Positions 1-13,249 of a stretch of 64,000 nt of DNA are shown piece by piece. The notes under the pieces are model-generated. The model was given only the letters and a program-made list of their open reading frames with translations, had not been told where the DNA came from and did no database searches. Source of the DNA: Octopus bimaculoides (Eukaryota); contig NC_068983.1 of the NCBI RefSeq assembly GCF_001194135.2, positions 10,943,187 to 11,007,186 of the forward strand, written 5' to 3'. How positions within the stretch are numbered: position 1 is the first letter of the stretch; the number at the start of each line of letters is the position of its first letter. The position numbers and the translations under genes are program-made.

Positions 1-49
1 TATATTAAGCAGAAAATGATAACTTTAATAATTTCAGGGTTGTACTTAC

Positions 50-106
50 TTGTCAAGTGACTTGACCTTTGATCGTGAGTTAAAGTAGAAGAGTTATGGC
101 AGCTAT
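50..106 (-). CDS. Candidate internal coding exon (57 nt, phase 1-1), peptide (D)SCHNSSTLTHDQRSSHLT; gene unidentified
   Basis: Minus strand reads tgtttcttttag|ATAGC...GACAA|gtaagt, a good acceptor and a consensus donor. Length is a multiple of 3. Phase 0 and phase 2 contain stops (TAA, TAG); only phase 1 is open. No homology recognised. Confidence 0.4.
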
Positions 107-119
107 CTAAAAGAAACAT

Positions 120-535
120 AGGCTGTGTGGTAAGAAACTTGCTTCCCAACCACATGGTTCTGGGTTCATTCCCACTGCATGGCACCTTAAGCAAGTGCCT
201 TCTACTATAGTCTTGGGCTGACCAAAGCCTTGTGAGTGGATTTGGTAGACAGAAACTGAAAGAAGTCCATCACATATATGTGTGCGTGTGTGTGTATGTA
301 TATTTATGTGTGTGTGTCTTTGTGGCTGTGTTTTCCCCTATCTCCACCCTTTGCTTGATAATTGATGGTGGTGAGTTTATGTCTCCGTAACTTAGCAGTC
401 CAGCAAAAGTGACTGATAGAATAAGTACTAGGCTTATAAAGAATAAGTCCTGGGAGCAATTTCTTTGACTAAAACCCTTTAAGGTGAAGCTCCAGCATGG
501 CCACAGTCAAATGACTGAAACATGTAAAAAACTAA
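120..535 (+). mobile_element. tRNA-derived SINE, family A (tRNA-like head + internal TA/TG microsatellite + tail of about 200 bp)
   Basis: A-box-like ggctgtgtgg, B-box-like gggttcattccc, body gccttgtgagtggatttggtagac and tail ending gtcaaatgactgaaac. About 20 related copies or fragments occur in the window. Confidence 0.85.
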
Positions 536-1243
536 GAGTATTATATTCAGTTTTATTTTATTTGTTGATTCTGTTGTTTACAGTTAAAGTTTCAAAGTAT
601 TATTGTACCTCCATTACTTGGTCACTGATGCACCTCCACTGCACTGGTACAGCTAATGAGATTTGATCTCCTGTCCCGTTTCCTATTGCAGAACTTATCC
701 AGTCCCTGCTCCATTGAGGAATTACTGGAGAGCAGGTAGATGTTAGTGGGAAGCTTTTTTTCCCCTCTAAACTCACACTGGTCTATTTCATTTTGAATGA
801 AGAATCTTTGGAATGTCCAGCCAGAGCTAGTTTAAGTTCTGCTGCCAGTATAACTGTCTGCCAAGCTGCATAAATACAACTATAGAAAAAAAAAAAAAAA
901 GATGAAGAAGAAGGAAGAGAAAATATGGTAGTTATAACACTGCTGCTGATGTGGAGGAGGAGGAAGAGGAGGGCAATAATGATAGTGGTTGTGTTGCTGT
1001 TGTTGTGCTTGTGCTTATGAAGGAAGAAGACAGATAAGGGAAAATAGTTTGGTGCATATGTATGTATGTAGAGTAGAGTAGAGGGAGGTAGTTGGTGTCG
1101 CAGGTGGGGACGGGGCTGTAAGGTGGGTTTCGAAATCTCTTCTCCCACCAGCCACTGACTTGGCACCGTTACAGTATTGCAGGGCAGGAATTCCTGCCTG
1201 GATCCCAATAAGAAATAGGATAGGGTGTATGTAACGGTGGTAG

Positions 1244-1733
1244 NNNNNNNNNNNNNNNNNNNNNNNNNNNNNNNNNNNNNNNNNNNNNNNNNNNNNNNNN
1301 NNNNNNNNNNNNNNNNNNNNNNNNNNNNNNNNNNNNNNNNNNNNNNNNNNNNNNNNNNNNNNNNNNNNNNNNNNNNNNNNNNNNNNNNNNNNNNNNNNNN
1401 NNNNNNNNNNNNNNNNNNNNNNNNNNNNNNNNNNNNNNNNNNNNNNNNNNNNNNNNNNNNNNNNNNNNNNNNNNNNNNNNNNNNNNNNNNNNNNNNNNNN
1501 NNNNNNNNNNNNNNNNNNNNNNNNNNNNNNNNNNNNNNNNNNNNNNNNNNNNNNNNNNNNNNNNNNNNNNNNNNNNNNNNNNNNNNNNNNNNNNNNNNNN
1601 NNNNNNNNNNNNNNNNNNNNNNNNNNNNNNNNNNNNNNNNNNNNNNNNNNNNNNNNNNNNNNNNNNNNNNNNNNNNNNNNNNNNNNNNNNNNNNNNNNNN
1701 NNNNNNNNNNNNNNNNNNNNNNNNNNNNNNNNN
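1244..1733. other. Assembly gap. Others at about 14836-14966, 21572-21947, 23987-23996, 26002-26707, 39376-39385, 44177-44972, 47086-47944, 52285-52523, 59370-59544 and 59697-59706
   Basis: Runs of N in the sequence. Confidence 0.99.
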
Positions 1734-2099
1734 ACTCTAACCCTAACCCTAAAACCCCAATCCAACCCTAACCCTAACCGTAACATCTTAACCCTAACCC
1801 CCTAACATCTTAACCCTAACCCCCTAACCTTTACTCTAAAACCCTAACCGTAACCCTAAAACCAAAACCAGTACAAACGCATGAACGATGTCATAAATAA
1901 CAGTGACAAACAAAGTATACACAGCCGGAAGTTGTTGTTGATAAACAATAGCAGTAATTTTATTCAGCTGAATACACGTCATTGATTGGTTGAAATTACC
2001 GAAATACGACAACTTTAACACGAAATAACTTTGAAAATAGAAACTTTTCTCAACAACATTAAGAGTAAAAGATGTTTTATATGACACATTCTACCAGTG
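1734..2099. mobile_element. Interspersed element carrying degenerate (CCCTAA)n telomere-like repeats; left end lost in gap
   Basis: Array of ctaaccctaaccctaaaaccc...ccgtaaccctaa at 1737-1860, followed by a CpG-containing body ending cattctaccagtg. The same ccctaaccgtaac variant occurs in the MITE at 56.4-56.7 kb. Confidence 0.55.
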
Positions 2100-2329
2100 C
2101 CCAAAGTTTGAAAGTGTTTAGTTACAAAAAATTAATTTTTTGATCTGCCATTCAAAGGGAAAAAGGTCCCTGCCCTTCTGCTTTGTGGTGAGGTATAGAC
2201 AAGGCTCTTTACTGTCATAATGATGGGAGAGCAGTCTGACTGTACTGCCTTTCTGTTTTGTGGGTGAGTCCAAACTGACAAAGGCAAGGGTAATACTCAC
2301 TAAAAAAAACTGTAGCAGTCAAGTCAGCT

Positions 2330-2509
2330 TTAACTGTTTAGCATTCAGACTATTCTATCAAATGCGATACTTATTTATTCACGTTGTTTTGAATTGTTGA
2401 TATCATTCTCACACCTACAGTATAGAATAATGTAGGTGTCAGAGGTTAGATCTAGCTGGTTTGAACATAAAATAGAATATTTGGGCCAGTTTAGATGCTA
2501 AAGAGTCAA
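2330..2509 (+). mobile_element. piggyBac-like MITE (degenerate copy)
   Basis: Ends ttaactgtttagcattc ... atgctaaagagtcaa; body matches the copies at 9662 and 32999. Confidence 0.65.
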
Positions 2510-5377
2510 GGTGTTTTCTGACAGACTGGACTTCAAGCAGCCTCCTACAACTTAGAGGGGGCACCAGTCATCTTGGGTCACATGATAGTGAAGATGGTGA
2601 CACTGAGAAATGTATACACTTGTCCCCAATATTATTATAAAGCTTGATCATGCATGTATCTTCTGTTGCAATTGGGATCTTGGCTCGCAGGTTGATCAGT
2701 CATTGTTACTGTAGCAATCAGGGCGTCTTGTGTCTCTGCAACAAATAAACATCACCATTTCTGTTGTTTACTTGCTCATAAGGATACACAGCAGGAATAG
2801 CATAAGTGGTAGCAGTCATGATACCCTTGTCCCCATGTCTTCTGTTGCTGTTGTTCCTTAAGTCATCTAAGGATCCACAGTTAAAGACGATAGCCATTAT
2901 TGAATTTGATGGAGAGCCATATTAAGCATTTGTGTGTGTGTGTGGACATGCCCATGCCAGCATGGAAAACTGATGTTATCCACAAGCATGGTGGTATGGT
3001 TAAGAAATTTGCTTCCCAGCCACATGGGTTTGGGTTCAGTTCTACTGCTAAGAACCTTGGACTAGTGTCCTTGATTACAGACTCAGGCTGACCAAAGAGT
3101 TGTGAGGGAATTTGATTTGCAGAAACTGAAAAGAAGCTTGTAAGGTGTGTGTGTGCGCACGTGTGTGTGTGTGTGTGTGCACGTGTGTGTGTGTGTGTGT
3201 GTGTGTAAAACTTGTCTGGACTAAGAGAAAATATTACTTTACTTAGGGACAGTTGAGCGTTAGTGACAAGTAGAGCATCTGGCCATAGAAATCTGCCTCA
3301 GTGAACCCCTATCTAACTCAAGAAGGTACGGAAAAAGGGGACATTCAAATAACTACACATACATATCCATATACAGTCTCTTTTTCGATAACCCAATAGA
3401 TATTCATGCATACTACCTTTTTTTTTTGAATACTCAGTGAATGTTCTCAAAGGATAACCAATTACTAGAAGCTTGATGTCAGACACAACTAACACAGAAT
3501 CTATGTAGCATATTAAGACTTCTATTTTGACACTGATTGAAATTTGACCTATTTTGAAATGCTCTGCTTGGGTTACGGGAGAGTTGGTTTAATTCTAGGA
3601 GTATAAATTGCAAAGTACTAGATTTTCTAATCTCTAGGACAGCGTACTCAGCACAAATGGAATTACCAAAGTCTAACAGAAGCTGCAAGAGATCCATTAG
3701 GTTCAAAATAATCCAGATCTGAAATTTAATGTAAATGCCTTCAAATCATCAAGTGTATGGGGATTAACTATAGTTTTATGGTACAAAGTAAGGAAAAAAA
3801 CTCCCTGCCTGGTGTACACAAGTCTATTGCAAGAACTTTATTTTAAATGATTTTGTAGTGAATCTTCTGAGGTAATATAGAATTGAGAATACTATCTAGA
3901 AACAAAAAGCTTACAATAGATTTGAACTTGTGTGCCATGAATAGACAGTGTAATACCTCATCCACTCAGTCATCCTACCTCTACAGCACCAAGAGTAACA
4001 TTCACTCAGGTTGTTAGTGTATCAGCCTACTAGCTTTGAGATCATTAGTTCAGGTCTTTGTCAAGTTGTATGTGGTGTCTTTGATGAACACTTAACTCTC
4101 TATAATTCAGTCTATTAAATTATAAACAGGTGTTACATGGAGGTATAGCTTACTTCATTTAGCAGCAAAATCGCTATTCAATTGATAAATATTTTGTTAA
4201 CTTGCACTGCTGAGTTCAAACCCTTTCATGGGTAAAGCTTGACAATGGATGGGATAAGCAGTTTTGTTAATCTGATTTAGCCTAGACACAATACATGATA
4301 AGTCTTCAAGTCATGCCTCTAGAATTTAGTTGGTTATTTGACTCGCTGTAACCCAAGAGAAAAGATTTAAAAGGCTCAAACACTAAGACTGGATTAGTGA
4401 AAGCCTTTTATTGCCCATTCCTGTAGTGTAAATGTTTCCAAAGCTCTAAGAGGTTCTTAAGATCTGGTTTGCAGTTCCAGTTTCATGGCAAAAAGTAGAT
4501 AATGGACTAATATCTCCTTGGGTAGGATACCAATATAATGTGAGAAGCATTCCCAGATCTAGAAACTTCATCTGGCAGATAGATGAATTCAATGTATAGA
4601 AATTAAGTATGAAGCTTAAATGCCTAAGAAAATGCTTGTGATGGATTTGAACACGGGGCCTCTAAGTTAATAAGTCCAAATCTTATCTATTTTAACTATT
4701 TACTTTGTTCTGCCACAATTTGCCTTGACATCAATGACATCTTAAATATAGACATTGTCATACCTACTCCAATAAATAGAAGTACATTTCCTCCTTAAAC
4801 TCTAGAAGTGCTTAACCTCTGCTTGCTGAGTTATCATCTAAGAACCATCTCATGGGAGACTCCCAAAACTATGGTCAAGAACTTGATAGCAGACAGTGAT
4901 ACTGCAACAGCTGATGGATATAGGATATTGATGATGGAATGGAATATGGTGCATCTGTCATCATGATTAACTCAAGTGCAAGTTATTGATGATGATGGTG
5001 TTTGTCCATATCTTTCTGTGGTTTAACCATACTAAAGCTATGAAGCATAGCTTTAGTAATACTGTTGTATTATCATCATCATCATCATTGAATATCCACT
5101 TTCCCATGCATGCATAGATCAGATAGAATTTTTTGAGACAGAATTTCTACAACCAGATGCCCCTCCTTTTGCCAATCCTTGACTATTTCCAAGCAAATGA
5201 TGTGCCTATTGTGATTTGTTGATGTCGTTTTTACTATAGTTCAACCTAATGATATTAACACAAAAGAGAAACTTGATAGGCCAATGAATTTAAGTTGTTC
5301 ATTTTCTGTTATTAAATAAACAAAACAAACCGTAATATTTTATCTGCTGTCATTTCTGTGAACTGTATTTTACAATA

Positions 5378-5407
5378 ATTTTTCTTTCTTTTTATTTACA
5401 GGTGAGT
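5378..5407 (+). promoter_or_regulatory. Acceptor immediately followed by donor (AG|GT); recursive-splice-site-like motif
   Basis: tttttctttctttttatttacag|gtgagt: about 20-nt pyrimidine tract, CAG ending at 5401, GTGAGT at 5402-5407. Confidence 0.35.
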
Positions 5408-5955
5408 ACCTTTTTATGGTTTTTTATTACTTTTTGGGAGAAACTTTTCTTACAGACACTATACTCTAATTTCTACCAAACTGGTAATGTAATTTTTATT
5501 TTTATTTCTATTAATGTGATTTTATTTATCTGCCAATCAAGTCAGTCTAATTTTGATTTCCATTTAATTAATTTAGAAGAAAGTCATCTTCATTATCAAT
5601 ATTTTATCTGTTTTTTTTTTTCTAGTTGCCATGAGTTGCACATATCTATCATCCAGTATATTGTTTTCATCATGATTTTTCATCAACTCATTTATGAGGC
5701 TCAGAATCCTGAGATGTAACTCATTCCTTCATCAGTCTTCTTCAGTCAGTATTACCTTCTGCTGTTAGAAGATTCTTTTATTGATTCCAGTCATTGAACT
5801 GCAGTCAAATTGAGGCTGTCTTCAAGGGTTTTAGGTACTTGTTTGACTCCAGGATTTTGTCTAATACACCAATTCATCAACAGTCACATTACACATATAA
5901 CAGGATTCCACACAGTCTTTTTACTTCAAGCTATATGTAAATGCTCATCTCTCTC

Positions 5956-6346
5956 TTTACTTGTTTCAGTCATTTGACTGTGGCCATGCTGGAGCACCAC
6001 CTTTAGTCGAGCAAATCGACCCCAAGACTTATTCTTTGTAAACCTAGTACTTATTCTATCGGTCTCTTTTGCCGAACTGCTAAGTTACGGGGACGTAAAC
6101 ACACCACCATCGGTTGTCAAGCGATGTTGGGGGGACAAACATATACACACATATACATATATATATATACACATTATACATACGATGGGCTTCTTTCAGT
6201 TTCCATCTACCAAATCCACTCACAAGGCTTTAGTCGGCCCAAGGCTATAGTAGAAGCCACTTGCCCAAGGTGACACGCAGTTGGGGCTGAACCTGGAACC
6301 ATGTGGTTGGTAAGCAAGCTACTTACCACACAGCCACTCCTACGCC
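5956..6346 (-). mobile_element. Family A SINE, near-intact copy
   Basis: Full reverse-complement copy from ttacttgtttcagtcatttgactgtggcc to cttaccacacagccactcctacgcc; CpGs retained. Confidence 0.9.
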
Positions 6347-7749
6347 TATAGGGCTGCACAGAGAGAATAAATTTTAAAATTTTATTTCTATATTATTGAC
6401 TATCACAGTCTACAGACTGTTTTTGTATAATGTAATGTAATATGTATGTAATAATTGAATTATGTATCATGCATGTTATTGTGTTTTGTTATGCATGGAA
6501 TCCCCTCGTGGAAAAAGTATCTTGCTAAAACCAGTCTGTAGTTCAGAAAAGGTTGGCAACCACTGCCATTCTTGATGTAAAGTATTTTTTCCAACTGTAA
6601 TTTTAATGACATTCGATTTCTCAGGCACTTTTTGGCAGTGACATGATTGTCAGCCAAATTGTACACAACATGTAGCAGGCTGGAGATATGGATAGAATCT
6701 ATAATAATTTCCATAAGAAAATAGTCAATTTTCTTTCAGACATTATTTTAGTTTGCACCACACATTTAGACATAAAACTAGTTGGTATTTTCATTAAAAA
6801 AATATCGAAGCAGGAGGGGGAGGAGTTTAGAAATATGATATTGTTGTTTTGTTAATTAATGATGATACTTTTCTCTAAATTTCTTCACACACATTATTAA
6901 GATACGGCTTTGGTTAGTGAAGTGGATGGCAGTGGAGATAAAAAGAAGAAAATTTAGTTCTAGGTGCTAGTGAGATTTCATTATATACATCTTTCTACAA
7001 TTTTAATTACAACTGACACCTAGACAAATCAATTTGTTAAGCTGATAACTCAGATATCTTGGTGTGTAACCCAATTTTCAGTATCTGTCCATCACATGCT
7101 GTTAACATTAATAGTCTTGATAAAGTTGTATAAAAAAAAAAAACAGTTAAGGTAGTCAGCAATCATGTGTTTTATCAACTTTTTGACGTCTCATTTTTCA
7201 GTTTTTCTCTTTACTTTATGCATTTCAAAATTATTTTGCAGTAGATTATTTTATCAGTGTTTTCTTTCAATGGCAATAATCTGTGATATTCCTGCTGAAT
7301 TTTTCTTCTTGGTGATTTTATAAGTTCTTTATAATTCTTTCAGTTTTCTCTCTACTTCTCATCTTTAAGCATTGTTTTTTCTTAGTTCCCAACAATGGAC
7401 TGTAAGGTGATGGTTTTAGTGGTCATGTATCATACCATTGTGGAGGCGCTTTTTTATAAATGTGAAGATCAAATGAAGAATGAAAAAAAAAAAAAAATTC
7501 TAAATATAGAAGAAATATTCTGGTGTACCATAGTTGCATATTTAAGTAATTGTAACATAGTAGCTCCCAAAAGTCTCATAGAAAAAAAATTAGGTGGCCC
7601 ACCAGAGGGTCATGTGACTCTTGCAAACTTACTGCTACAAGCTTCCAGTGGGTCATGTGGGATCCAACATGTTAAAGTTAAAACTCTACACTTTCTTTCT
7701 CTCTCTCTGCTATAGAGAGGAGCTAACTTAACCATGGCAACAGTCAAAC

Positions 7750-7979
7750 TTAAACCTTTGACATTTAAACTGGCCATATCAGGCCCCAAATATTCTATGT
7801 ATTGTGTGTTCAAACTGGCCAGATCTAAACTCTCACACCTACCCTATAATGTCATTCTAAAAATAAACAATCATATCATTGAAATCTTAAAGCTATAAGA
7901 TAATGAATGATTAATTCAAAATGATGTGAGTTAATTAAGCATTACTTTTGACAGAGTGATCTGAATGTTAAAGGATTAA
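7750..7979 (-). mobile_element. piggyBac-like MITE
   Basis: Ends ttaaacctttgacatt ... aatgttaaaggattaa (TTAA at both ends); reverse complement of the 9662 copy. Confidence 0.7.
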
Positions 7980-9661
7980 AGCCAGTTTCTACACCAGGTT
8001 TTCTGCTAATGAAATCAATTCTTGTTTAGCTTCAGGCCATTTCTGATTGACCAGATCATTGGTCAAGCATTCTTGATGTGTCCCCTGCCATCTCTGTTTT
8101 GTTCCAGTGTATTTAGAACCACATTATTTAATGTGACTTCCCTTTCTGCTTTAAAAAGGGTTAGGTGTAATTTAAAGAGCTATTTGGCTATTATTTCTAA
8201 CAGTACAGGTTTCTTCATAGCCTCATGTCCAATTTAGTTTATAATATGCATGCACATACATTTTTTTTTTCCAGCCTCCGTTGGTCATGGCTGACCATGG
8301 ATGATGTCATCCGTCCGTTGAGTTGTCTATTCAGTTTTTGCAACACCTTCTGTGGCTGTAGAGACCGATGCAAGAGTGGCAGTCTTGTTTGCAGAGGTCA
8401 CACCTATACGTTGAATCCGGTCTGTTGGCTGTCATTTCTTTTCTGCGGGCTCGGTTTTCAGCTGCTACCACCCTGAAATTCTCTTCCACATACATACCCT
8501 CATACAAAATTTTTTCTCAGTGATAATGAGAACAGGAATGTGGTATCCATAATCGAATCTAACCAAAAAATGTCATCAGATATGCCACATGTGATAATGT
8601 TTATGTCCATGGGGTGTAAATTTTTTCTACAAACAATTTAAACTCTGATCTTCAGTTTGCTGCCTGTACCAAAATTCAGAGAGATAGAGACACACACACA
8701 CACACACACACACACACTGACTGTCTGTCTCTTGTCACATCATACTTTTGCATCATTATGCATTCATTTAGTATCTTCTAAATGAATCATTTCAATTTGT
8801 TGCCTCTGCTGTATGCATAATCTTTCTTTGAAGATGAGCCTATCATAAATGAAAGCAATAGCTTTTTAACATGTGTAAAATTCTTGATAAATGTCGAGCA
8901 TGATGGTCTTCTATGCAAAAGTACTACCCTTTGGCATCTATTCAAAATTTTTCTCTTATGCCTGACATATTTCTCATCCAATCATTAGTTTTGTAGTTTG
9001 CTTCGCCACCTCCCTACATAACTCACCACCAGTTTTGACTCCCATTTTATCATAGTATACAGCAACATAAAGTCAAGTCTCTTTGTATTGCTTTTTGTTT
9101 GACAATACACATAACCTATGATTGATCAACTTTGTTGAGTATTGAGTTTAATATTGGTTTCAGATTTTGACACAAAGTCAGCAATTTCAGGGGACAGGAT
9201 AAGTCAATTAAATCGACCTCAATCCTCCTCCTCCTCATCACCATCATCCAGTGTTTTAAATCCAGGTTTTGTCCCCGTTGGCCGGATCTACCTCAATGCC
9301 ATAGGAACTGAGGTAGGCAGGTGCAGCCCACCCCAACCTTTGGGCTGGCTGGTGCCCATTCTCCTCTGCTATCATGAGCCTTTTTTGGAGCTGGATTTTC
9401 TACAGGGAGCATGTCCTTGGGGTCAATTTGCTCGACTAAAGGCAGTGCTCCAGCATGGCCACAGTCAAATGACTGAAACAAGTAAAAGAGAATAAAGAGT
9501 ATAGCCTATGACCTTGTACTTAAAGACATGCCCTGTGCAAAATTTCTGGTACTTAGGTGCAAAGCAGTGACCTACAACCTGGGACATAGATATGCTACTG
9601 AATCAGAAACACATGTCCAGGACTGTCCTCTTATCTCCAGACAATAAATCTGTTCTTTTCG

Positions 9662-9890
9662 TTAACCATTTAGCATTTAGATTACTCTGTCAAATGTAAT
9701 ACTTATTTATTCACATTGTTTTGAATTAATCATGCATTTATCTCATAGCTTTGAAATTTCAGTGATGTGATTGTTTTACTTTTAGAATGACATTGTAGGC
9801 TAAGTGTGAGAGGTCGGCTCTGGTTAGATTGAACATAAAGGAGATAGAACATTTGGACCAGATATGGCTGGTTAAATGCGAAAGAGCTAA
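9662..9890 (+). mobile_element. piggyBac-like MITE
   Basis: Ends ttaaccatttagcatt ... aatgcgaaagagctaa. TTAA-CC... termini fit piggyBac. Confidence 0.7.
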
Positions 9891-10404
9891 TGTCATGTCA
9901 GCTTTTGAGAATTCATGGGTCTTGAAACTATCTCCCTTTCTCTAGTAGAGCTGGTTTTAATTGCCATTTAATAATTATAACACATCCTCTAAAGGCAGAA
10001 ATAATTTTAATAAATCAAGAATTTATTATATGGTATTTGGTACACTGTATTTGTCTATGTTGTTCAAATACATACCTGTGTAAATGGAGTGTTGCTGGGA
10101 AGGACTGGAATTCTTATGATAAACATTTTCACCAACAGCACAGCCTGTCAGTTTTGTTACTTCAGTCAGAGACTATGGTAATCGTTTGACTGCCAGTGGT
10201 GTGCCATTGTACAATGTCTATTTCAGAAGATAAATAATTGAATATCGATTCTTTCATCAGTCTGTCTGTGGTGTGACACACTATATAATTATATAGTTCC
10301 AGACTGTTGAGGAACTCAGTGGAGTATTTTACAGCTTATTTGGAAAAAATAAGAAGAAAGTTTTTAGAGACTTGAAGAAAAATTCATCTCCATTCTTTTA
10401 TCAA

Positions 10405-10725
10405 CTATTCTTTGTTTCAGTCATTAGACTGTGGCCATGCTGGAACACTGCCTTGAAGGGTTTTGTCAAAGAAATTGCTCCCAGTATTTCTTCTTTTTTT
10501 TTTTTTAAAGTTTGGTATTGATCTTTTTGCTGAACACTAAGTTATGAGGACATAAATCAACACATGTTGTCAAGCAATGGTGGGGAGGTGGAAGGACAAA
10601 TACAAGCACGAAAATACACTTGCTGAACTGCTAAGTTACAGAGACATAAACAAACAAACAATGATCTGTGAGATGGGGGGTGGGGGACAAACAGACAAAC
10701 GCACACACGCATGCACATGTATAAT
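10405..10725 (-). mobile_element. Family A SINE tail fragment with internal duplication
   Basis: tttcagtcattagactgtggccatgctgg..., with the gctgaac..ctaagtta..gacataaa motif present twice. Confidence 0.75.
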
Positions 10726-11009
10726 CACACAGTCATGTCTGTTGAATAATTCGTTCATTGATCATCTTAACAGCTTTATCAGTTGGAGCTCTTTTTAGCA
10801 CAGTTGTGCTAAATGTTATGAAAAGCATTTTTTTTTAGTTAATTAACTGATAAAGACAAATTATTATTGTCAGTCATAGATATGTCTCTATATGGATCAG
10901 GCACAACATCCCTTTGTAAAATCAGCTAAATAATTAGTCCTTGTTAAAATAATCCTTCAGGTTTGTTTCTTATTTAAGTTTTGTAACATTTCCACAAATG
11001 TGATGATTT

Positions 11010-11215
11010 CAATTAGCTTCTGAATTAATCAGCTCTTGTCTCTTTGGGAATGACTCTAAGTGTTGAAAGTCTCTTGCGAAAACTACTGTTACGCCACCAA
11101 AAACGAAAATTTGTTCTGTCGATATCCTTAAGTTTGACCCAAAGTTTCAAAAGGAACTTTGAACCATAATGCTCTCATCTGAAGTTACCAAAGAGCTGTT
11201 TTAGCATTTCTACAG
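11010..11215 (-). mobile_element. Degenerate Helitron Pif1-type helicase fragment
   Basis: Frameshifted minus-strand translation DESIM...KDIDRTNF/FGGVTVVFARDFQ/TLRVIPKETRAD resembles Helitron helicase motifs II-III (WDE.TM...FGGK.VV..GDFRQ.LPVIP.G.RAD). Confidence 0.75.
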
Positions 11216-11360
11216 CTCCTGTTTTGTTGCAATGTTACACCTGTACCATCAATACTAACATCTGAATGTGGCACCTTGGGCAAGTATCTTCTACTATAGC
11301 CTTAGGTCGACCAAAGCCTTGTGAGTGGATTTGGTAGACAGAAACTGAAAGAAGTCTGTC

Positions 11361-11394
<34 letters not shown>

Positions 11395-11984
11395 GTGTGT
11401 CGAAGTTTGTCCCCCCAACATTGCTTGACAACCGATGCTGGTGTGTTTACGTCCCCGTAACAAAGATATTACCAGTGTGAATTTCAAGAAAAAATGGAAA
11501 GTGCGTTGTATCAACATAACAGTTCAACCACATGCATGTACTTGTACACACTCACATGGTTGATATTTGTATGTCCACACCAGTTTCCCCCGACATACAG
11601 GCATTCATACATCTGTACATATACATAAACACACACATATCAATAATATCTCATCTTGATAAATTAAAATCATGTTGTCCAGAAATTCCTTTATGTGAAC
11701 CAAGATAAACAAAGTGTGAACATTCTGTTTGATCTCTCATTGTTCTTTCATACTTACAATTCACTATTGTCATTTTCTGTCTTTGTATTTTTCTCTCATT
11801 CCCCCATCTCTCTCTCTTTTGTTTTACCTACCTATCAGTCATTGACTATCTGTCTTTCTCTCTCTGATATCAACAATATTTCAGTCAATACTGAATTATT
11901 TACAAACACACACAGTCACAAATATACAATAGATGTGTGTCTGTGTGCATGTGTATTTGGAATTGACTCCCTTACTGAATAATT

Positions 11985-12205
11985 ATGATTATATTCCTTT
12001 CCACTATAGGGACAAGGCCTGAAATGTTAGGGGAGGGATTAGTTGATTACATTGACCCTAGTGCTCAACTGGTACTTATTTTATTGTCCCCAAAAGAATG
12101 AAAGGCAAAGTCAAACTTAATGGAATTTGAACACCGAATGTAAAGATGGATATAAACGACAAAGCATTTTGCACAGTGTGCTAACATCTCCACCAGCTCA
12201 CTGCT
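11985..12205 (-). mobile_element. tRNA-like SINE, family C
   Basis: aggcctgaaat...actggtacttattt...gaatgaaaggcaaagtc...ggaatttgaac; same family as the arrays at 34-38 kb. Confidence 0.8.
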
Positions 12206-13249
12206 TTGATAATTATTCATAATATTAATCATTAATATTTAACTTTCATCACCACATCATTATTTCTCCTTCACTTCTAAATGCTTACGACATTAAAAAC
12301 GCTAACACTTTGCATGAAGCAGCATTGAATAAAATATATTTGTGTAAAGTCATATTCAATATGTCCAAGTGCGTTTGGTTCTGATAAGACCTTTCACTAC
12401 ACATATAATCCTGGGAGAAATATTTCCTCCCAAACATGTGTGAAAACAGATTTGGGACTAAATAACGCTATTGGATCATAGGATGCAAGCATTTCTGCAT
12501 TGTTCTGCTTCATCAGCTATGGAAACCAAATCTGACATAACATGATAAGAGTAAAATATATTGTATTAAAACAGCATATGGACATTTGCTGATATGTGTA
12601 AAGTTTGGTGAAGTTAGAATCAAATAATGTCACATGAAGCAGGTTTGTGTGACATTATTTAATTGTAGATTGACTATGCTTTATGCATGTCAGCAAACAT
12701 TTTGTCCATTGTTTTGATAAGAATAATTTTGTTCTTGTCAGGCTGTGAATGGCTGATTTGGTTTTCATGGCAGACAAAGTGGAACAACACAGAAACACAT
12801 GCATCCTACTATCTGATGATGTGCCTTAACCTCTCCATCCCCCAACCCTGCCAAAGAGAAAGAAAGAAGGTGTTTTCTCACTTGTCTCAATGGACAATTG
12901 TCTTTCTATGGACTACTTCCGCAGCAAAAAGTCTTATCACATTCAAATTCACTTGAACATGTTAAATATAACTTTACATGAATGTGTGTGTCTGTGTGCA
13001 TACACACTACACTTCCATACACAATTTGTTTTTGTGTTTTCTGGAGAAATTTTTCAAATTCCTTCTTAGTAGTTATGTGGCATGGCTTCTCCTTATGGCA
13101 AGCCCAATGAATGGGGGTTAAGCAGAAATGCATGGATCATTTTCAAGAAAAACTGGAAAGCAATGTGATGTGGGTATAGGTAAGGTGTATGGGTATATGG
13201 TGTAAATAGACATTCTCAGCAGAAACCTGTTTGAGTATTCAGAACATGG

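Noticed and set aside
1737-1860. CCCTAA repeats as a telomere or chromosome fusion site
   Set aside because: Short, degenerate and embedded in an interspersed element; similar repeats occur inside MITEs at 55-57 kb.
10076-10172. Minus-strand exon candidate (..VTKLTGCAVGENVYHKNSS..IYT|gtatgt) and a kinase-like GTPLAVKRL stretch
   Set aside because: Good donor but weak acceptors with no pyrimidine tract; the kinase-like words end in an in-frame stop; no other kinase motifs.
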